The notes beneath the pieces were generated by a model, which saw only the letters and a list, made by a program, of their open reading frames with translations, ran no database searches and was not told where the DNA came from. The translations under genes and the position numbers were made by a program. Below are positions 35,210 through 39,306 of a stretch of DNA of 39,306 bases, in pieces (the first letter of the stretch is position 1; each line of letters opens with the position of its first letter). The stretch is taken from assembly GCA_001781465.1 (NCBI GenBank), contig MFLD01000036.1, forward strand, positions 15,816 to 55,121, in the 5' to 3' direction. This stretch comes from Candidatus Kaiserbacteria bacterium RIFCSPHIGHO2_02_FULL_49_16 (GTDB lineage Bacteria > Patescibacteriota > Minisyncoccia > Phycocordibacterales > UBA2100).

Positions 35210-36235
35210 ATGAAAACAAAACTCAAATACGGAGAGAATCCACACCAAAAAGCCGCCGCGACACGGAGAGCGACAACGGACGCTCTCGCTGTCGCGAAAT
35301 TCAGGCGGGAAGATGGGAGTCCGTTTGTATACGAGAACACAAGCTGGATTTCAATAACTGACCTCGGACGGCTAATTCAGGTTGTTGAAAGATTCGCGGC
35401 GGCGTACCGGAGAAATGTTAGCGCGGCCATTCCTCATTTTGCGGCAATAGTTAAACACGGCAGCCCATGTGGCGCCGCGTTTGGAGAAAATCCGGAGCAG
35501 GTCGTGCGCGAAACATGGGCAGGCGACTCGCAGGCGGCATTCGGAGGATTCCTCGCTGTCACGTTTCCATTTACCGGAAAAATTGTAGTGGCGCTTACAG
35601 AAGCAAACAGAGGAAAGATGCCGTTTTTGAGCGGAGTCGCGGCGCCTTCGTTTGAGGAAGGGGTAACGGAAAAAATTGGCGCGAAGAGCAAAGGAACGCA
35701 TTTCATTTCAAACAAAGCGCTTGCAAAGATTCCGGCGAAAATTTTCTCGTTGCCGGAAATTAAATCCGTGCGGGATTTTATTCTCGAGCAAACATCTATG
35801 CAATTTATCCCGGAGTTTGTGAATATGGAGTATCACGGACCAGCGTTTTCGGAAAAAGAGAAAAAACAAATCTTTGCCGACCTCTCGCTTGCGTACGCAG
35901 TGTGTTCCTCGAGCACCAGCAATACGATTTCTCTGGCGAAAGACGGAATCTTGATAGGAAATGCGGTAGGACAGCAAAAACGAGTTGGAGGCGCGAAGCT
36001 TGCGCTCCGACTTGCGAGCGAAAGCAATCATGATGCAAGGGGAGCCGTGGCAGTTTCGGATAGTTACTTCCCATTCCCAGACGGGGTTGAAGCATTAGCC
36101 GAAGGAGGAGTTCGAGTGATTTTTGCGACTTCCGGTTCCATTCGCGACAATGTGGTTTTTGCTCGGGCGACGGAATTAAAAGTAGGAATATTTACAGTCC
36201 CAGATAAGATTGGGCGAATGTTCGCGGGGCATTAA
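35210..36235 (+). CDS. purH: PurH-like AICAR transformylase domain protein lacking the N-terminal IMP cyclohydrolase
   Basis: Begins LKYGENPHQ; KHGSPCG, AFGG, SN, GQQKRV, SDSYFPFPDG, GSIRD, terminal R.F.H-like end. Confidence 0.8.
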   Translation: MKTKLKYGENPHQKAAATRRATTDALAVAKFRREDGSPFVYENTSWISITDLGRLIQVVERFAAAYRRNVSAAIPHFAAIVKHGSPCGAAFGENPEQVVRETWAGDSQAAFGGFLAVTFPFTGKIVVALTEANRGKMPFLSGVAAPSFEEGVTEKIGAKSKGTHFISNKALAKIPAKIFSLPEIKSVRDFILEQTSMQFIPEFVNMEYHGPAFSEKEKKQIFADLSLAYAVCSSSTSNTISLAKDGILIGNAVGQQKRVGGAKLALRLASESNHDARGAVAVSDSYFPFPDGVEALAEGGVRVIFATSGSIRDNVVFARATELKVGIFTVPDKIGRMFAGH

Positions 36236-36326
36236 AATTTCTTCGGACACGGAAACACTTTTGCACCTCCGCTGGCTAGCAGATGTTTGAACGCGTTTGA
36301 TAGAAGCGGACGACAATTCCGGAGCC

Positions 36327-36986
36327 TTATAATTTATGAATCGTCACAATCGGGGCCTTAATGACCATGTTGAACCACTCCTTGCTCGCACCATAATCGA
36401 CCCTATAACCATTCCCCTGTAGTTCTTGCAGAAATTGTTCAAGCTTCTTCGCTCCCTCGACTCTCTTTTCAGCCCGAAACGTGTCTTCCGTTCTCGTCCT
36501 GCGAGGCAGTCGTTTTAGATCCGTTGCCGAACTATCTGGAGTTGCAATAGTTCCTAATATTTTCCCTCCCTTTTTTAACACACGAAGAGCTTCGCCTATT
36601 GCCTGCCGCATTTCCTTTTCTTCGCTTTCAACTAACATTGTAAAATATTGTCTTGCAGTAACGATATCAAAAGTCTCATTCCCGAACGGGAGATGGAGGC
36701 CATTTCCCACCACAATTCCTTCTTGACATGGACGGACTATTCCTATCCTGTTTTCAACACCGTATGCCCGTGTGTTCTTTAGAACTTTCCTCAAGTATCC
36801 AATAAAAGATCCATCGCCAGCCCCAATGTCCAGCAACGGTTTTTGCACGTCATCATTTGTCAAAGAAAAGTGCTTCGTATATGTACGAAAAGCGCTCTCA
36901 AGTGCTCTGCGGTTTTGCACGTTTTCCTGAGCAGGTTTCCCCGCGTTATTTTGCGATATGTGGCGCAGCCTTTCAAGGAATTTCAT
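36327..36986 (-). CDS. Class I SAM-dependent methyltransferase
   Basis: LLDIGAGDG, LPFGNETFD, RVLKKGG. Confidence 0.85.
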   Translation of the reverse strand: MKFLERLRHISQNNAGKPAQENVQNRRALESAFRTYTKHFSLTNDDVQKPLLDIGAGDGSFIGYLRKVLKNTRAYGVENRIGIVRPCQEGIVVGNGLHLPFGNETFDIVTARQYFTMLVESEEKEMRQAIGEALRVLKKGGKILGTIATPDSSATDLKRLPRRTRTEDTFRAEKRVEGAKKLEQFLQELQGNGYRVDYGASKEWFNMVIKAPIVTIHKL

Positions 36987-37067
36987 ACAAATAGTCTATC
37001 ATGCAGAATAAATTGCCATTTGACTCGCTGGACACTAACCATGCACAAGAATTTGTAAAAACAAAGA

Positions 37068-37169
37068 TCAATTTGCAAAGAAATCCCAAATCGCAATAAT
37101 CAAACAATTGATTTTGGAAATTCGCATTGGAATTTAATTTGCAAATTGCAAATTGGAGTTTGCAAATTA
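37068..37169. repeat. Short-period inverted-repeat element (TTTGCAAAT type) starting at the ruvC stop
   Basis: AATTTGCAAAG AAATCCCAAAT CGCAA ... TTTGCAAA TTGCAAA TTGGAGT TTGCAAA TTA. Confidence 0.6.
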
Positions 37170-37643
37170 GTGCCGGTGTCTCGCCCAGTGCGTCACTCCC
37201 ACGGCTATCGCGTCGTACTCATCATCATATTTTATTTCTTTTTCGATTTTCACGAGAGCGTGAAGCATCTTTGCGATTTGCTGTTTGTCTGCTCGGCCGG
37301 AGCCGCCCGCCGCGCTCTTGATTTCGCCGGGAGTGTATTCAAAAACCGGAATACCGAGGCTTGTTGCGAGTTGGATAAGAGCTCCGCGCACTTCGGCGAC
37401 GCGCATGACGGTTTTCTGGTTCGTACTGAAGTAAAGCTTTTCCATCGCGAGCGCATCCGGCTTGTATTTTTTTGCGAGTCGCGTGCATTCGTCTGCGACA
37501 ATTCCAAGCCGAGCGGTAAACTCGGTATCTTTAGACGTTTGTATGCAAGCGGAATAGAGTAGGGTTTCTTTTTTCCCGTTTTCGCGTTCTAGTACGGCGA
37601 CTCCGCATCTGCCGTAGCCGGGGTCGATAGCCAAGACGCGCAT
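37167..37643 (-). CDS. ruvC: Holliday junction resolvase RuvC
   Basis: LAIDPG, MEKLYF..N, EVRG, EYTP.EIK, DDEYDAIA. Confidence 0.95.
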   Translation of the reverse strand: MRVLAIDPGYGRCGVAVLERENGKKETLLYSACIQTSKDTEFTARLGIVADECTRLAKKYKPDALAMEKLYFSTNQKTVMRVAEVRGALIQLATSLGIPVFEYTPGEIKSAAGGSGRADKQQIAKMLHALVKIEKEIKYDDEYDAIAVGVTHWARHRH

Positions 37644-37712
37644 AGTTTACAGTTTACAGTCTACAGTTTACAGAACCAGAGGTGAGTTCGCATTTGCTGT
37701 CAACTGTTTACT
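37641..37712 (-). repeat. Third, shorter copy of the ACAG/CTGT heptamer element filling the yebC-ruvC gap
   Basis: Minus strand reads AGTAAACAGTTGACAG ... CTGTAAA CTGTAGA CTGTAAA CTGTAAA CT-ATG. Confidence 0.85.
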
Positions 37713-38238
37713 CTGCATTTGTATACACATCCTCCACGTCGTCGTGCGAGTCAATCTCGTCCAGGATTTTGTGGAGCTTCTCGCTGTCAGATTCGGAAAG
37801 TTTCACCGCGGTCTTGGGGGCGTAGTCCGTGCCTGTTTTTTCAAACGCCCACATCGCGCTTCCGGGAGAGGCGAGCGCCAAGCCATTCTCCGACAGAAGA
37901 TGTTTTATTTCTTGCGAGGTTCGATTGTGGCTGTCGGTGAGCGCGACAATCAGAATCGCGACGCCTCCCGGGCCGTAAGTTTCATAAACAACAGTTTCAA
38001 GTGAGCCGGAGTCAGTGGATATTCCTTTCGCGACTGCGCGGTCAATGTTTTCTTTTGGCATATTCGCTTCACGCGCTTTTTCAATGACGGCGCGAAGGTG
38101 GGCCGCATTGACGTCCCCATTCGCCTTTTTGGATTCAACAGAAATTCGCTTAGAGAGTTTGCCCCACACATCTGCTTTCACGGCATCCGCCGCGCCCTTG
38201 CGGTGTTTGATTTGCGACCATTTGTTGTGTCCGGACAT
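37708..38238 (-). CDS. yebC: YebC/PmpR family protein (short, 176 aa)
   Basis: MSGHNKWSQIKHRKG, NMPKENIDRA, YETYGPGG, DDVEDVYTN; upstream of ruvC. Confidence 0.93.
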   Translation of the reverse strand: MSGHNKWSQIKHRKGAADAVKADVWGKLSKRISVESKKANGDVNAAHLRAVIEKAREANMPKENIDRAVAKGISTDSGSLETVVYETYGPGGVAILIVALTDSHNRTSQEIKHLLSENGLALASPGSAMWAFEKTGTDYAPKTAVKLSESDSEKLHKILDEIDSHDDVEDVYTNAE

Positions 38239-38299
38239 GGTGAACAGGGTATAGGTACTAGGTTATAGGGAATAGTGAGAAATGCAAAGAGGGGCGCAA

Positions 38300-38644
38300 T
38301 CATTTCCCATCCTCCCACACCACTTTCTTTCCTCGACTTATTCTTTGCAATTGCGATTGCTTGCGTTCATATTGCCCAATGGCTCGTATATGTTTCCTAG
38401 AGGCTATCTTGAATGTCTCCCAGTCATTCTTTATTTGTGTAGCAAGCTCGCTTCTATAAGTATCAGTGCCCTCGCTCTCTTCTTGCAGTCTTTTTAATTC
38501 TTCCTCGTTCACTACAATTTTCCTCCGCAGTTCAACAAGCGCTAGTCTCATAGCTTCAATTTTATCCCCCAATGCCCCAAGCGTGACATGTATTTTTTCA
38601 CTCGGCTTTTGTTTACTCGGATTGTCTAATCTGAATCTGGACAT
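38300..38644 (-). CDS. Hypothetical coiled-coil protein
   Basis: 114-aa charged helical ORF co-oriented with its neighbours. Confidence 0.6.
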   Translation of the reverse strand: MSRFRLDNPSKQKPSEKIHVTLGALGDKIEAMRLALVELRRKIVVNEEELKRLQEESEGTDTYRSELATQIKNDWETFKIASRKHIRAIGQYERKQSQLQRISRGKKVVWEDGK

Positions 38645-38717
38645 ACGAATAGGGTATAGGGAATAATGGAAAATGCAAAAGAACTTATAATTTCTGTTAC
38701 TTTATTCTGGCGGGTGG

Positions 38718-39056
38718 TTAAAAAACGGACCTCAATTTACGCAATTGATGGTTAAGTTCTAAGATTTCATCTGCCAATTTCAATACCCCGTATCTTTTTC
38801 TGGCAATGTCAGGGTTTTGAAATGTCGGCTCGAGCATATCATCAAGTTCAAATATTCTTTTGTTGGTATTGTCGCCTGACGCGTTTACGCTGCCCTTATC
38901 AGTTTTATGCATAACCTCCAATCTTTTTAACTCTTTACGCACGTTTTTTAACTGCGCCATAGCGAGCGTAATCTTTTGCAGGAGCATGTTTTCCGATTCT
39001 TTAAATGAGCGAGGATCGTTTCTTTGTGCCGGTACATTTTTAAGTTTTTCGACCAT
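38718..39056 (-). CDS. Hypothetical coiled-coil protein
   Basis: 112-aa charged helical ORF; TATATT lies 9 nt before the ATG. Confidence 0.6.
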   Translation of the reverse strand: MVEKLKNVPAQRNDPRSFKESENMLLQKITLAMAQLKNVRKELKRLEVMHKTDKGSVNASGDNTNKRIFELDDMLEPTFQNPDIARKRYGVLKLADEILELNHQLRKLRSVF

Positions 39057-39127
39057 ATATCAACCAATATACACTCCAACGGCGTTAAACGCACAGGTTA
39101 CGAGCATATGCAAGACTCCATCGGGGG

Positions 39128-39159
39128 TTATTCACACCTCTATCCACAGGGTATCCACG
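39128..39159. promoter_or_regulatory. Cluster of three DnaA-box-like sites
   Basis: TTATTCACA, CTATCCACA, GTATCCACG in the same orientation. Confidence 0.55.
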
Positions 39160-39306
39160 ATTTCGGGCTTTTTGTATCAGTTTGATGCTGAAAAACATTC
39201 TTTATAATCTTCTTATCGATGTGCTTAACCGTGCGTCGGTCGTTGCCAAGGGGATGTGCAGTAATGCAAATCAGTCCGGGCAACTGCTCCTTGAATCTAT
39301 TCCTGG

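Noticed and set aside
39139-39306. Possible 3' end of a minus-strand gene entering from the right edge
   Set aside because: An open frame exists but has no recognisable motif and runs over the DnaA-box cluster; it cannot be judged without flanking sequence.
1-39306. tRNA/rRNA genes and alternative genetic code 25
   Set aside because: No cloverleaf or rRNA-like stretch was recognised by eye; conserved genes are uninterrupted and several end in TGA.

Overview
This is a chromosomal segment around the replication origin of a reduced-genome bacterium. Gene content suggests Patescibacteria/CPR, Parcubacteria-like (inference); TGA is used as a stop. The origin block is jag/R3H-yidC-rnpA-rpmH <> dnaA-oriC-dnaN. 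Left of it lies a ~14 kb co-oriented cluster resembling the CPR conjugation-type T4SS (VirB6-like, PrgI, VirB4, pilin fusion, exported hypotheticals), interrupted by a repeat-flanked GIY-YIG gene. Further left are ksgA, an intein-containing UvrD/PcrA, a LysM-M23 peptidase, a short purA, GNAT, ArsR, comM, TrmB and DksA/TraR genes. Right of the origin are a class A PBP, a transformylase-only PurH, a methyltransferase, ruvC and yebC. The most striking unannotated signals are non-coding: an ArsR gene bracketed by two copies of a 28-bp palindrome; a family of 7-nt-periodic repeat elements at gene junctions that also enter coding sequence; several small palindromic or MITE-like families inserted in frame in proteins; and -10 boxes placed 6-9 nt before start codons, implying leaderless mRNAs. 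All product calls come from motif recognition by eye; no database was searched.
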